This document shows positions 31,212 through 41,148 of a DNA stretch of 64,000 nucleotides, in pieces. The stretch is from the NCBI GenBank assembly GCA_963754315.1, contig CAVWFS010000016.1:143787-207786 (forward strand), read 5' to 3'. The translations under genes were made by a program, and so were the position numbers. The stretch is from an uncultured Candidatus Rokubacteria bacterium (GTDB taxonomy: Bacteria > Methylomirabilota > Methylomirabilia > Rokubacteriales > CSP1-6). Numbering within the stretch: the first letter of the stretch is position 1; each line of letters opens with the position of its first letter. The notes under the pieces were generated by a model. It was not told the DNA's origin, made no database searches, and worked only from the letters and a program-made list of their open reading frames with translations.

Positions 31212-31274
31212 CCCAAGGCCCTCCCACGGCACGCGAGTCGGTCCTTCACATCTCCACGATGAGAGGAGATCGCG

Positions 31275-31742
31275 ATGACGCCCGTCACCATCAACGGAAG
31301 GCGCTACACCATCGACCTCCCCGACGACACCCCGCTTCTGTGGGCCCTGCGCGACGAGCTGGGACTGACCGGGACCAAGTTCGGCTGCGGCATGGCGCTG
31401 TGTGGCGCGTGCACCGTGCACGTCGACGGGCAACCGCTGCGCTCCTGTTTGACGCCGATATCCTCGGTGGCGAACAAGAAGGTCACCACCATTGAGGGAA
31501 TCAGCGCTGACAAGGTTGGAAAGGCTGTGCAAGCGGCCTGGGTCGAGATGGGCGTTCCCCAATGCGGCTACTGCCAGACCGGGCAGATCATGTCGGCCAC
31601 CGCCCTGCTCAAGCGCAACCCCCGGCCGAGCGACACCGACATCGACGACGCCATGAGCGGCAACATCTGCCGCTGCGGTACCTACGTGCGTATTCGCAAT
31701 GCCATCAAGCGGACCGCGAGCCGGCAGGGAGGTGTCGCATGA
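31275..31742 (+). CDS. (2Fe-2S)-binding subunit of molybdenum hydroxylase (isoquinoline 1-oxidoreductase alpha-like)
   Basis: [33 protein letters not shown]. Confidence 0.93.
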   Translation: MTPVTINGRRYTIDLPDDTPLLWALRDELGLTGTKFGCGMALCGACTVHVDGQPLRSCLTPISSVANKKVTTIEGISADKVGKAVQAAWVEMGVPQCGYCQTGQIMSATALLKRNPRPSDTDIDDAMSGNICRCGTYVRIRNAIKRTASRQGGVA

Positions 31743-34058
31743 GCGCGCCGCGCGCCGGGATGCAACCGAGGGCAGACAATCTGGTGCTGGCCAACGTGAG
31801 CCGGCGCCGGTTCATTCAAGGTGTGTCGGCCCTCGGCGGACTCGTGCTTGCCGCCGGATTTCCATCCGCCCTGCGTGGCGCCGATCCGCCCAAGTATGGC
31901 GCAGACGGCATGCCGAATGGCTGGGTGGACGACCCGCTCGTCTTCGTGGCCATCGGCGAGGATGGTACGGTGTCGATCGTGTGCCACCGCTCCGAGATGG
32001 GGCAGGGCGTGCGCACCGGCATGCCCATGATCGTGGCCGACGAGCTCGAGGCCGACTGGCGACGCGTGCGCGTCGTCCAGGCCACCGGTGACGAGAAGCG
32101 CTTCGGTAACCAGGACACCGACGGATCGCGCAGCACGCGGCACTTCTTCGAGCCGATGCGCCGCTGCGGCGCTGCTGCCCGCACCATGCTGGAGACGGCC
32201 GCCGCCGCCCGCTGGAAGGTGCCCGCGGCCGAGGTCGAGGCAAAGAACCACGAGGTCGTGCATCGTCCGACAGGGCGCCGTCTAGGCTACGGTGCCCTTG
32301 CGAAGGCTGCCGCCAGCCAGCCCGTTCCGGCCCGGGAGACCTTACGCCTCAAGACACCAGCGCAGTTTCGATACATCGGCAAGGGACAGCTGAAGCTGGT
32401 TGATGCGCCCGACATCGTCACCGGCAAGGCGCAGTATGGGATGGACACTCGGCTGGACGGGATGCTCTATGCCGTGGTGGCGCGTCCGCCGGTCTATGGC
32501 GGAAAGGTCGTGCGGTATGACGCGACCGAGGCGCTCAAGGTGCCAGGGGTGGTGCGTGTGGTGGAGATCGAGTCCAACTCGCCACCGCCCATGTTCAATC
32601 CGCTGGGCGGAGTTGCCGTCATCGGCCGCAACACGTGGGCCGCCATTCAAGGTCGGCGGGCGCTGAAGATCGAGTGGGAGGACGGCCCGAACGCCAGCTA
32701 CGATTCGACGACTTTCAAGGTGACGCTCGAGGAGGCCGCCCGCAAGCCTGGCAAGGTCGTTCGCAACGATGGCAACTTCGACGCGGCGGTGGCTACAGCG
32801 GCGCGCCGCCTCGATGCCGAGTACTACGTCCCGCATCTCACTCATGCCGCCATGGAGCCGCCAGCGGCGACCGTGCGCATCGTGGGAGGCAAGTGTGAGG
32901 TGTGGGGCTGCTTTCAATCTCCTCAAGCGACCCGAGACATGGTGGCCAAGCGGCTCGACATGTCCGCGGCCGACGTGACGGTACGGGTCACCTTGCTGGG
33001 CGGTGGCTTCGGAAGGAAATCCAAGCCCGATTTCGCCGTGGAGGCAGCCGTTCTCTCCAAGGCCGTGGACGGTAAGCCGGTGAAGGTGACCTGGACGCGC
33101 GACGACGACCTCCAGCATTCCTACTTCCACACGGTGTCGGTCGAGCACCTCGAGGCTGGTGTCGATACCCAGGGCAAGCCGGTGGCCTGGCTGCACCGCA
33201 GCGTTGCCCCGACCATCATCTCGACGTTCGAGAAGGGGGCGAACCATGAGGCTCCCTTTGAGCTCGGCATGGGGGTCATCAACGTCCCCTTCGCCATTCC
33301 AAACATTCGCATCGAGAACCCGCCGGCCACCGCCCACACGCGCATCGGCTGGTTCCGCTCGGTCTCGAACATTCCCCACGCCTTCGCGGTCCAGTCGTTC
33401 GTGGCCGAGCTGGCGGCGGCGGCCGGGCGCGATCCGAAGGACTTCCTGCTGGACGTGATCGGGCCGGCCCGCGTGATCAATCCGCAGGTCATCGGGGATA
33501 CCTGGAATCATGGTGAGTCCCCGGAGCGCTATCCGGTGGACACCGGGCGGCTGCGGCGGGTGGTGGAGACGGCGGCGCGCGAGGCGGGATGGGGCCGCGA
33601 CGTTGCCCAAGGGTCGTGGGCTCGGTATCGCCGCCCACTACAGCTTCGTGACCTACGTGGCGACGGTGGTGGAGGTTGCCGTCGACGACAAGGGAGGGCT
33701 GACCATCCCGCGCGTGGATCTCGCGGTGGACTGCGGAGCGGTGGTCAATCCTGAGCGCGTGCGCGCCCAGATGGAGGGGGCGTGCGTGATGGGCGTCAGC
33801 GTGGCCATGCTGGGCGAGATCAGCTTCAAGGGCGGCCGGGTGGAGCAAAGCAACTTCAACGGCTACGAGGTAACGCGCATGAGCGGGGCGCCCCGTGAGA
33901 TCCGCGTGCACCTGATTCCGGGTGACTTCGCCAAGCCCCTCGGCGGCGTGGGCGAGCCCGGCGTGCCGCCCATTCCGCCCGCGCTCTGCAACGCTATCTA
34001 CGCGGCGACGGGCAAGCGCATCCGGCGGTTGCCTATCCGGGAGCAGCTGAAAGCCTAA
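31739..34058 (+). CDS. Xanthine dehydrogenase-family molybdopterin subunit (IorB-like), Tat signal; apparent frameshift near 33600
   Basis: SRRRFIQ twin-arginine, [24 protein letters not shown], then AQMEG and [10 protein letters not shown] in the next frame. Confidence 0.92.
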
Positions 34059-34133
34059 GCTCGCGCGTGCGGCCGAGGTCTCCGGGCCGGTCGCGGTGTG
34101 GCTCTCTCCAGCCGCGGCTCCGTCTCCCTACGG

Positions 34134-34565
34134 TCACGGGAGCAACTCGAGCGCCCGCGTGAGGCGTGGGCCCACACGGATGGCGGCGAAGTCGCGGCGA
34201 TCCGTGGTCAGTACCCGGTAGATGTGCCGTCGTTCCGCGACCGCAGCGACTGTTCCGTCCACGAGCCCCAACTTGAGCGGCGCGAATCTGGCGTCGAGCT
34301 CGAGGGCACGAACGATGTCGGACGGTAGCGGCAGCTCATACTCGTAGCGCGTGGCGGGATCGAAAATCTCAGCGACGAGTTTCCGCATGGCGGTCCTATG
34401 CTCGCCGAGAAAGTAGTCCAGCTCGGCGAGAACGAGGCCGGGCACAATCACCAGACTCGCGGATCTCAGGATCTTCTCGTACTCGGGAAAGCTAGGCTTG
34501 CCGTCTCTCGTGCTGGCGAGGGCGCGGAGCAGCCCACCGGTGTCGGCGACGATCGGCGGACTCAA
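34134..34565 (-). CDS. vapC: VapC-family PIN toxin
   Basis: IVADTGGLL, LAELDYFL, LGLVDGTVAAVAER, LTTDRRDF. Confidence 0.9.
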   Translation of the reverse strand: MSPPIVADTGGLLRALASTRDGKPSFPEYEKILRSASLVIVPGLVLAELDYFLGEHRTAMRKLVAEIFDPATRYEYELPLPSDIVRALELDARFAPLKLGLVDGTVAAVAERRHIYRVLTTDRRDFAAIRVGPRLTRALELLP

Positions 34566-34789
34566 GTCTCAAGGTCTCTGAAGAGCTCGGATTCATCGCC
34601 GAGTTTGTTGTCCGTCGACTCGAACAGACGTGTCGAGGGCGGTCGGCGGCCGGCGTAATAGCGGGAGGCCACCACCCGCAGGCCCTTCCGAATGAGAGCC
34701 GAGGCGGAGTGGCCAGCCGCGCGGGCTCTCCGCAGCGCGCGGACATCCTCCTCTTCGAGCCGAACCGTCGTCGAAATCAAGCGCGCCAT
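34562..34789 (-). CDS. Ribbon-helix-helix antitoxin
   Basis: MARLISTTVRLEEED...SASALIRKGL; TTGA overlap with toxin; ATGTATGG direct repeats over the start (34786-34804). Confidence 0.8.
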   Translation of the reverse strand: MARLISTTVRLEEEDVRALRRARAAGHSASALIRKGLRVVASRYYAGRRPPSTRLFESTDNKLGDESELFRDLET

Positions 34790-34877
34790 ACATTCACCAT
34801 ACATCGCGTAACTTCCCAGCGCAACCGGCCTCTTGAAGCGATCGCGCGCGGCCGGGGAGCGGAGGGTCGAGCCGGAG

Positions 34878-35952
34878 CTATCGGGACGCCTGGGAAGTTC
34901 GGGAGCGAGGCGGGAGCACCGGCTTGATTCCCGTCAGAAGAGCGAAGCGCGCGCACAGCCGATCTCCGAACGACGAGGCGTCGAGGGGATTTGGCGGCGC
35001 CGTCGCGGCGCCCGGCAGGGCCACACGACTCTCGGCGGCGCGGACGAGACCGCGCATGCAGGCGAACGTCTCGTAGTACGCGAGGGTCGTGTGGTCGAGC
35101 CGCCGGCGGCGCCGGTAGCCGGCCAGGTAGCGGGCGAGGACGAAGCGGAGGAATCCTTCCAGAGCCCATCGCCGCGGAGCCGATACCTGAAGAATCTCCA
35201 GTGGAGTCAGCGCCAGGATCACCCGCGTGGCGGCGACGTCGCAGGCCGGATCGGCCACCACCACGTTGGGCCAGTCGAGCACCGCGGTGACCTGGCCCCT
35301 GTCGACGAGGAGGTTGAGGGGATGGAAGTCGCCGTGGCAGATCGCGCGCGGGCCTCTGCGGCGCCGGCCGCCGGTTCCGGAGCCAGCGCATGGCCGGGTC
35401 AAGACCGTTGAGATGGCGGCGCGCGATACGAGACTCGAGCTGGGTCAGATGACCATCGAGGGTCACCAGTCCACTGGCGCCCGGTGCCTCGCGCTCGAGC
35501 GCCTCGAGGAGAGTCTCGGGGTCGAGGGCGTGGAGCCGGAGCTGGGTGTCGACGAGGAGGCGTGCGACGCCGAGGCGCTGCGCATCGAGCAGCGGCCGGC
35601 CGGGCCTCCGCTCCATGACGAGGAAGGCGCCGCCCAGAATCTCGGTGTCGGCGCTCGCAAGAAAAACGCGCGGTGCGGGAAAGCCCAGGTCCGCGAGAGT
35701 GTTCTGGGTGGCGCGCTCGCGCAGCGCTCGGCCGGGATCGTGAAGCGGGGAAAGCACCCTCAGAATGAGCGGCCCCGTCAAAGCCGGCGCCGCTCCGCTC
35801 AGGCGCATAGTGAAGATCTGCGTATCGAAGCCGCCGCTGAGCGGAACCGGCGGCTCGACAAAATCGAGGCTCGGACTCTGAAGCTCTGCCCGGAGATAGT
35901 GCAGGAGGCGCGCAGGGAGATCTCTTGCGGCGTCGCTGACCGTGGCGCTCAG
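34878..35952 (-). CDS. Aminoglycoside phosphotransferase (APH)-like kinase family protein (apparent frameshift near 35350)
   Basis: LSGGFDTQIF, LGFPAPRV, AFLVMERRPG, ICHGDFHPLN, VLDWPN; frame open upstream to a CTG at 35952. Confidence 0.82.
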
Positions 35953-36031
35953 CCCTCACCCACGGCTCACGTGCCCTCGCGGGCGTCGCGGATCCGCCGG
36001 GTACCTTGCACTACCTGGACTTCGGGGTCCA

Positions 36032-36088
36032 TCACTCGCGTGTCCACGGCCACGGTACCGAGATCTCGGAGAAGAGTCCGAATTTCAT
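36032..36088 (-). pseudogene. LLM-class oxidoreductase N-terminal stub (18 aa)
   Basis: MKFGLFSEISVPWPWTRE* preceded by RBS AGGAG; matches the MKFGxFxExxxPRPW start of LLM proteins. Confidence 0.6.
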
Positions 36089-36191
36089 CGCGTCTCCTGG
36101 CGACCCGCCCCCGCCGGGCTGGTCACATCGATTCTATGGGCGCGCGGCCCCCGGGAGCCAACCCCGCCGGGACCGCCCCTCCGGCCCTGGC

Positions 36192-36231
36192 TCGTCATGC
36201 ATTTGTCGCGCAGACGTGAACTTCCTGCAAT
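36192..36231 (+). promoter_or_regulatory. Putative Pho-box array
   Basis: Four units at exact 11-bp phase: TCGTCAT (36192), TTGTCGC (36203), ACGTGAA (36214), CTGCAAT (36225), upstream of a phosphatase-like gene. Confidence 0.55.
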
Positions 36232-36290
36232 GCCCCGTCCGTAGGCTCGGCCGGTCGAGCCAATCCTATCTCTTCTGGAGGGGGTCCCAT

Positions 36291-38573
36291 ATGCGCATTC
36301 TCGTGAGCTGCACCGCCGTGGCCGCGCTCGGTGCCGCCGTTATCGGCCCCGCCGCCGCCACCGAGGCCAGGTCGTTCCGAGCGAGCGAGCAGTTCGAGCG
36401 GGTCGCCACGTTCGTGGTCTGCGAGAACACTAGCTGCGACCGCACCAAGGTGCCCCTCACCGCGGCCGAGATAGTCGCCGCCAGCGAGGACGGCCGAACG
36501 CTCGTGTACAGCGACAGTCCGAACCAGTCGCTCGGTTTCGTGGACATCAGCAAACCCGGCCAACCGAAGGCGCTGGGAGCCCTGTCGCTGAAGGGCCTGC
36601 AGGTCGGGGCGAAGGCTGAGCCCACCTCCGTCGCCGTGGCCGGCAAGTGGCTACTGGCGGTGGTGGACACGTCCGCCGGCTTCACGACGCCGTCCGGTTA
36701 CCTGGCCGTGTTCCCGCTCGACACATGCGCCCAGAACGTGGCGGCCTGCACCCCGCGCACGATCATTCCTCTCCTCGGCCAACCCGATGCGGTGGCGGTG
36801 AGCCCGGATCGCCGATTCGCCGCCATCGTCATCGAGAACCAGCGCGACGAAGAGGTCAATGACGGTGAACTGCCACAGCTTCCCGGGGGCGCGCTACAGG
36901 TGCTCAGGCTCGACGGCGCTCCCGAGAACTGGACCTTACGCACCGTCGATCTGACCGGACTCGCGCAGATTGGCCCCACCGATCCAGAGCCGGAATTCGT
37001 GAGCATCAACCATTTCAACGTGGCGGCAGTGACCCTGCAGGAGAACAACCACATCGTCTTTGTCCACTTGCCCACGGCCAAGGTCATTCACGACTTTTCG
37101 GCCGGCGCCGTGAATCTCGTCAACGTGGACACCGAGGACGACGGCCTGCTCAACCCAACGGGCAGCCTGTCCAACCTGCTCCGCGAGCCCGACGCCATCG
37201 CCTGGCTCAACGAAGCCTGGGTGGTGACGGCAAACGAGGGCGACCTCGACGGCGGCAGCCGCAGCTTCAGCATCTTCAATGCGCTCGGCCACGTTGTCTT
37301 CGACTCGGGTGTGGAGCTCGAGTATCTGGCACTCGAGCACGGCCACTATCCGGAGGGTCGCGCCGACAACAAGGGTACTGAGCCGGAAGGCGTGGCCGTG
37401 GCCCGCTACGGCCATCGGACGTATCTGTTCGTGGGCACCGAGCGGAGTAACTTCGTGGCCGTGTACGAGCAGCGCGGGTTCGGCCGGCCAGAATTCGTGC
37501 AGATCCTCCCGACGGGAATTGGGCCCGAGGGGCTCTTGACCATTCCCGAGCGCAACCTTTTCGTGGTGGCTGCTGAGGACGACGAGGCCCTGCGGTCCAC
37601 CCTCACGATCTTCGAGCTGAAGTCCGGCCAGGCCAGCTATCCAACCATCGTCTCCGAGACTCGCTCCACGGGGCCCCTGGCGGGCAAGGCTCCAATCGGT
37701 TGGGTGGCCCTGTCGGCGCTTGCAGGCGATCGCTGGAACAAGAATCGTCTCTACACCGCCCACGATTCTTTCCTGAACCAGTCGCGCCTTTACGTCGTGG
37801 ACGTCTCCGAGCGTCCAGCGCGGATCACGGATGAGATCGTGCTGATGAAGAACGGGGCCACGGTGAACTACGACATCGAGGGGGTCGCCCAGCGAGAAGA
37901 CGGGTCGTTCTGGGTGGTGTCGGAGGGCTCAGGAAACGCCCCCGCCGGCACGCCGAACCTGCTGGTCGAGGTGCAAGCCAACGGGGCGATCGTCGGAGAG
38001 ATCGCGTTGCCCGAGGAGGTCGCGGCCCTCAAGCGGAGTAATGGCTTCGAGGGCGTGACCGTCACCGGCGCCGGCGCCACCGAGAAGGTCTACGTTGCCT
38101 TCCAGCGGGAATGGACTGGCGATCCAGCCCAGCGCGTCCGTATCGGTCGCTACACGCCGGCGACGAACGAGTGGCGCTTCTTCTACTACCCGCTGGACGC
38201 TGTCGAGTCCCCGGCCGGAGGCTTCGTGGGGCTTTCGGAAATCACGGCCCTCGACGACAATACGTTGCTGGTGCTGGAGCGCGACAACCAGGGTGGTCCG
38301 AACGCCCGCATCAAGCGGCTCTATACCGTCTCGATCGCCGGCCTCACGCCGGCCCTGCAGGGTCAGCCCTTTCCGGTGCTGACCAAGAAGCTCGTACGCG
38401 ATCTCTTGCCCGACCTGGCCGCCCCCCGCGGTTGGATCCAGGAGAAGGTCGAGGGAGTGGGTGTGGCCGCCGACGGTGATGTCTACATCGTGACGGACAA
38501 CGACGGCGTGGACGAGAATACCGGCGAGACGCAGTTCATCCGCCTCGGCAACCGCAACCGCCTCGGCTTCTGA
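36291..38573 (+). CDS. Secreted alkaline phosphatase-like / esterase-like activity of phytase family protein (two beta-propeller regions)
   Basis: Signal peptide, AEIVAASEDG, DPEPEFV, VTLQENN, TANEGD, GTEPEG, NGFEGV, LVLERDNQ, KVEG, VTDNDG. Confidence 0.85.
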   Translation: MRILVSCTAVAALGAAVIGPAAATEARSFRASEQFERVATFVVCENTSCDRTKVPLTAAEIVAASEDGRTLVYSDSPNQSLGFVDISKPGQPKALGALSLKGLQVGAKAEPTSVAVAGKWLLAVVDTSAGFTTPSGYLAVFPLDTCAQNVAACTPRTIIPLLGQPDAVAVSPDRRFAAIVIENQRDEEVNDGELPQLPGGALQVLRLDGAPENWTLRTVDLTGLAQIGPTDPEPEFVSINHFNVAAVTLQENNHIVFVHLPTAKVIHDFSAGAVNLVNVDTEDDGLLNPTGSLSNLLREPDAIAWLNEAWVVTANEGDLDGGSRSFSIFNALGHVVFDSGVELEYLALEHGHYPEGRADNKGTEPEGVAVARYGHRTYLFVGTERSNFVAVYEQRGFGRPEFVQILPTGIGPEGLLTIPERNLFVVAAEDDEALRSTLTIFELKSGQASYPTIVSETRSTGPLAGKAPIGWVALSALAGDRWNKNRLYTAHDSFLNQSRLYVVDVSERPARITDEIVLMKNGATVNYDIEGVAQREDGSFWVVSEGSGNAPAGTPNLLVEVQANGAIVGEIALPEEVAALKRSNGFEGVTVTGAGATEKVYVAFQREWTGDPAQRVRIGRYTPATNEWRFFYYPLDAVESPAGGFVGLSEITALDDNTLLVLERDNQGGPNARIKRLYTVSIAGLTPALQGQPFPVLTKKLVRDLLPDLAAPRGWIQEKVEGVGVAADGDVYIVTDNDGVDENTGETQFIRLGNRNRLGF

Positions 38574-38581
38574 TCACGGGA

Positions 38582-38614
38582 CGCCGGGCGAGCGCTCGAG
38601 ACGCTCGCCCGGCG
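38582..38614 (+). terminator. GC-rich hairpin downstream of the phosphatase gene
   Basis: CGCCGGGCGAGCG-ctcgaga-CGCTCGCCCGGCG, 13-bp perfect stem, no U tract. Confidence 0.5.
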
Positions 38615-38663
38615 CACTCTCACGCGAGCCCCGACCTGATCCCTGCGATACACTTTGCTCATC

Positions 38664-38708
38664 ATGGCCTCCGCGGAGGTGTGGGCCAGCGGCGATGCCT
38701 ACGAGCCT
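38664..38708 (+). pseudogene. Class I SAM methyltransferase N-terminal stub
   Basis: MASAEVWASGDAYEP resembles the WxxGDAYEPYVGRWS start of a common methyltransferase family, then similarity stops. Confidence 0.5.
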
Positions 38709-38751
38709 TGCGATGGTCCACGGCTAGGCCTCCCACTGAGGGATTTGACAC

Positions 38752-40332
38752 GTGACACGGACCTCCGTCAGGGTCATGTACTGGGCACCGGCGCTCAAGG
38801 GGCTCATGCTGGCCATGGCCCTGGCCTTCCTTCTGGTGGGAATCCGCCAGCCCGTGAACATTCACGACGAGGGCTATGTCCTGTACGGGGCGACCCGGAT
38901 CTCGACCGGGGAGATTCCGTACCGGGACTTCTGGCTCGTCTACACTCCCGCGCAATTCTACCTGCTGGCCGGCCTGTTCAGGGTGTTCGGCGCCTCGGTG
39001 CTGCTCGCCCGTGGCTACGACGCCCTCGTCCGCCTTGCCATCGTGGTCCTGGTCTACCGCCTCGCGCGCGTGCTGGGCGGGCCGGTGGTGGCGCTGGTGC
39101 CGGCGGCCGTCGCCCTCCTGCTCCTGGCCACGGTCGGGTTCTACGGGTATCCGGTATTCCCCGCCCTCGCGCTGGTGCTCGCCAGCGTGGACCGCCTCCT
39201 CGCGTTCTTCGCCATTCGAGCGTGGGCGACGTTGCTCGGGGCGGGGCTCCTCCTCGGCCTGGCGGCGATGTTCAGGCACGACATCGGGTTTGCCGGGCTC
39301 GTCGCGGAGACGTTGGCGCTGGCGGCGCTGGCCTGGAGGTCGCCCGGAGAGCATCTCGACCAGGGTTCCCGGGGCCCGCGTCGCCGGTGGCGGGGTCTGG
39401 CTCCATTCGCTCTCGGAATGCTCCTGGCCGTCGCGCCGTTCGCGGTTCCGCTCATGTGGACCGTTCCCGCGCGCGAACTGTGGTGGGGGCTCATCGGGTT
39501 CCCGGCCACGGTCCTGCCCGAGCAGCGCGCGCTGCCGTACCCAGGGCTGCCGTACCCCGGGATGACCCGGGCTGCGGTGAACGAGTTTCTGGTGTTCTAT
39601 GTGCCGCTGGCGATCTTCGGCGCCTCGCTCTGGACGCGCGGCACCTTGGGGACGTGGCTGCTGACCGCGCTCGGTCTCGGCCTCTTCAGGCTGGGCATGA
39701 ACAGGGCGGACGTCGTGCATCTCCTGCCCGGCACCCTCGTCGCCCTCGTGCTCTCGGCGGCGCTCCTGGTCAGAGCGGAGAGGGTGAGGCCACGGCTGCT
39801 CTCGGTCGGCCTTCTCGCGCTCGGGGCGGCGGTCGTCGGTGACGCGTATGTCGTTCAGCCCGTGCGGAGCCTGCTCTCGCTCGGGACGCGGTACCACCGC
39901 CCGCAGCCTCCGTCGTCGCTCGAGGTGAGCGCGGGCATCAGCGGCTTCGAGGACCAGGAGGCGGCTGTCCGATATATCCGACAGCACACGGCCGGCCGCG
40001 AGCGGATCCTGGTCGCCAATACGCGGCATGACCGGATCTTCGTCAATGACATGATGTTCTACGTTCTGGCCGGGCGGGGCAGCGCCACTCGCTATCACCT
40101 CCTGGAGCCCGGGGTGGTCACCACGCGACCCGTCCAGCAGGAGATCATCGCCGCCCTGGAGGGCGGGGCGATCTCGTACGTGGTGCTGTTCTCCACCTTC
40201 GAGGATCACGTGGAGCCCAACGCCAGCGGCCGGAGCAGTGGTGTCGTTGACCTCGATCTGTACATCAGATCGCACTACCGGCCGGTCGCGCGCTTCGGCG
40301 GCTACGCCGTCTGGAAGCGGATCGCCCCGTGA
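38752..40332 (+). CDS. GT-C fold (ArnT/PMT_2-like) polytopic membrane glycosyltransferase
   Basis: HDEG after TM1, GEIPYRDFW..YTP, FRHD, many TM segments, soluble C-terminal domain with FYVLAGR. Confidence 0.75.
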   Translation: MTRTSVRVMYWAPALKGLMLAMALAFLLVGIRQPVNIHDEGYVLYGATRISTGEIPYRDFWLVYTPAQFYLLAGLFRVFGASVLLARGYDALVRLAIVVLVYRLARVLGGPVVALVPAAVALLLLATVGFYGYPVFPALALVLASVDRLLAFFAIRAWATLLGAGLLLGLAAMFRHDIGFAGLVAETLALAALAWRSPGEHLDQGSRGPRRRWRGLAPFALGMLLAVAPFAVPLMWTVPARELWWGLIGFPATVLPEQRALPYPGLPYPGMTRAAVNEFLVFYVPLAIFGASLWTRGTLGTWLLTALGLGLFRLGMNRADVVHLLPGTLVALVLSAALLVRAERVRPRLLSVGLLALGAAVVGDAYVVQPVRSLLSLGTRYHRPQPPSSLEVSAGISGFEDQEAAVRYIRQHTAGRERILVANTRHDRIFVNDMMFYVLAGRGSATRYHLLEPGVVTTRPVQQEIIAALEGGAISYVVLFSTFEDHVEPNASGRSSGVVDLDLYIRSHYRPVARFGGYAVWKRIAP

Positions 40333-40383
40333 ACGGAGTGTCGGGCGTGCGATCTTGACGTCTCGAGACGTCCCTCAGCATCA

Positions 40384-40405
40384 TGTAGTCACAATTGTGG
40401 TCTCA
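40384..40405. promoter_or_regulatory. Probable Phd-type antitoxin operator
   Basis: TGTAGTCACA-at-TGTGGTCTCA with central palindrome CACAATTGTG. Confidence 0.55.
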
Positions 40406-40421
40406 ACGGGGGGCGACGGGA

Positions 40422-40685
40422 ATGCGAACGGTCGGTGTCCGGGAGCTCAAGGCGTCGGCCAGCCGGCTCCTGAAGCGGGTCAGGGAACGCGGCGACGAAA
40501 TTCAGATCACGTACCGGGGGCGGGTCGTGGCGCGCATCGTGCCGGTCCAACAGCGGCGGACCTCGGAGCGCGGGGACCGTGGCGTCTGGGCTGATCTGGA
40601 CCGGCTCGCCGTCGAGATCGGCACGCGCTGGCCCAAGGGCGTCACCGCGGCCACGGCAGTGGCAGAGGGTCGCCGGGACCGGTGA
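40422..40685 (+). CDS. Phd/YefM family antitoxin
   Basis: MRTVGVRELKASASRLLKRVRE-GDEIQITYRGRVVARIVP. Confidence 0.9.
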   Translation: MRTVGVRELKASASRLLKRVRERGDEIQITYRGRVVARIVPVQQRRTSERGDRGVWADLDRLAVEIGTRWPKGVTAATAVAEGRRDR

Positions 40686-41112
40686 TCGTGGTCGACGCCA
40701 GCGTATGGGTGAGCCGGCTCGTGCCCGACGATGTCCACCACGGTGCCAGTCGTCTTGGCTCGAGCAAACGGTCTATCGCGGCGAACCGCTGATTTCGCCG
40801 GCCATCCTGCTGGCCGAAATCGCCGGGGCGGTGTCGCGACGGACCGGCGAGCCCGGCCTCGCGGAACGGGCCGTGCGCGACGTCCTGCAAGTTCCCGGAG
40901 TGCGCTTGGTCTCGATCGATCGCCGACTAGGACAAGAGGCCGCGCGGCTGGCCGCCCGCTTGCGTCTGCGGGGCGCTGACGCCGTCTATGTGGCCACCGC
41001 GCGCCTCATGCGGCTTCCTCTGGTGACGTGGGACAGCGAGCAGCACTCGCGAGCCGGCGCTCTCGTATCCGTGCGTACACCGGGGATCGATGAGAGTGCA
41101 CCGAGGTCATGA
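40682..41112 (+). CDS. vapC: VapC-family PIN toxin (apparent frameshift near 40755)
   Basis: VIVVDASVWVSR then LLAEIAGAVSRR, LRGADAVYVATA, LVTWD. Confidence 0.87.
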
Positions 41113-41148
41113 CGGAGGGTGGGGAAGGGCAATCGAGGAGGGTGAATC

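Noticed and set aside
34878..35952. Aminoglycoside resistance gene
   Set aside because: APH-fold motifs only; resembles the widespread ACAD10-like kinase group, with no evidence for an antibiotic substrate.
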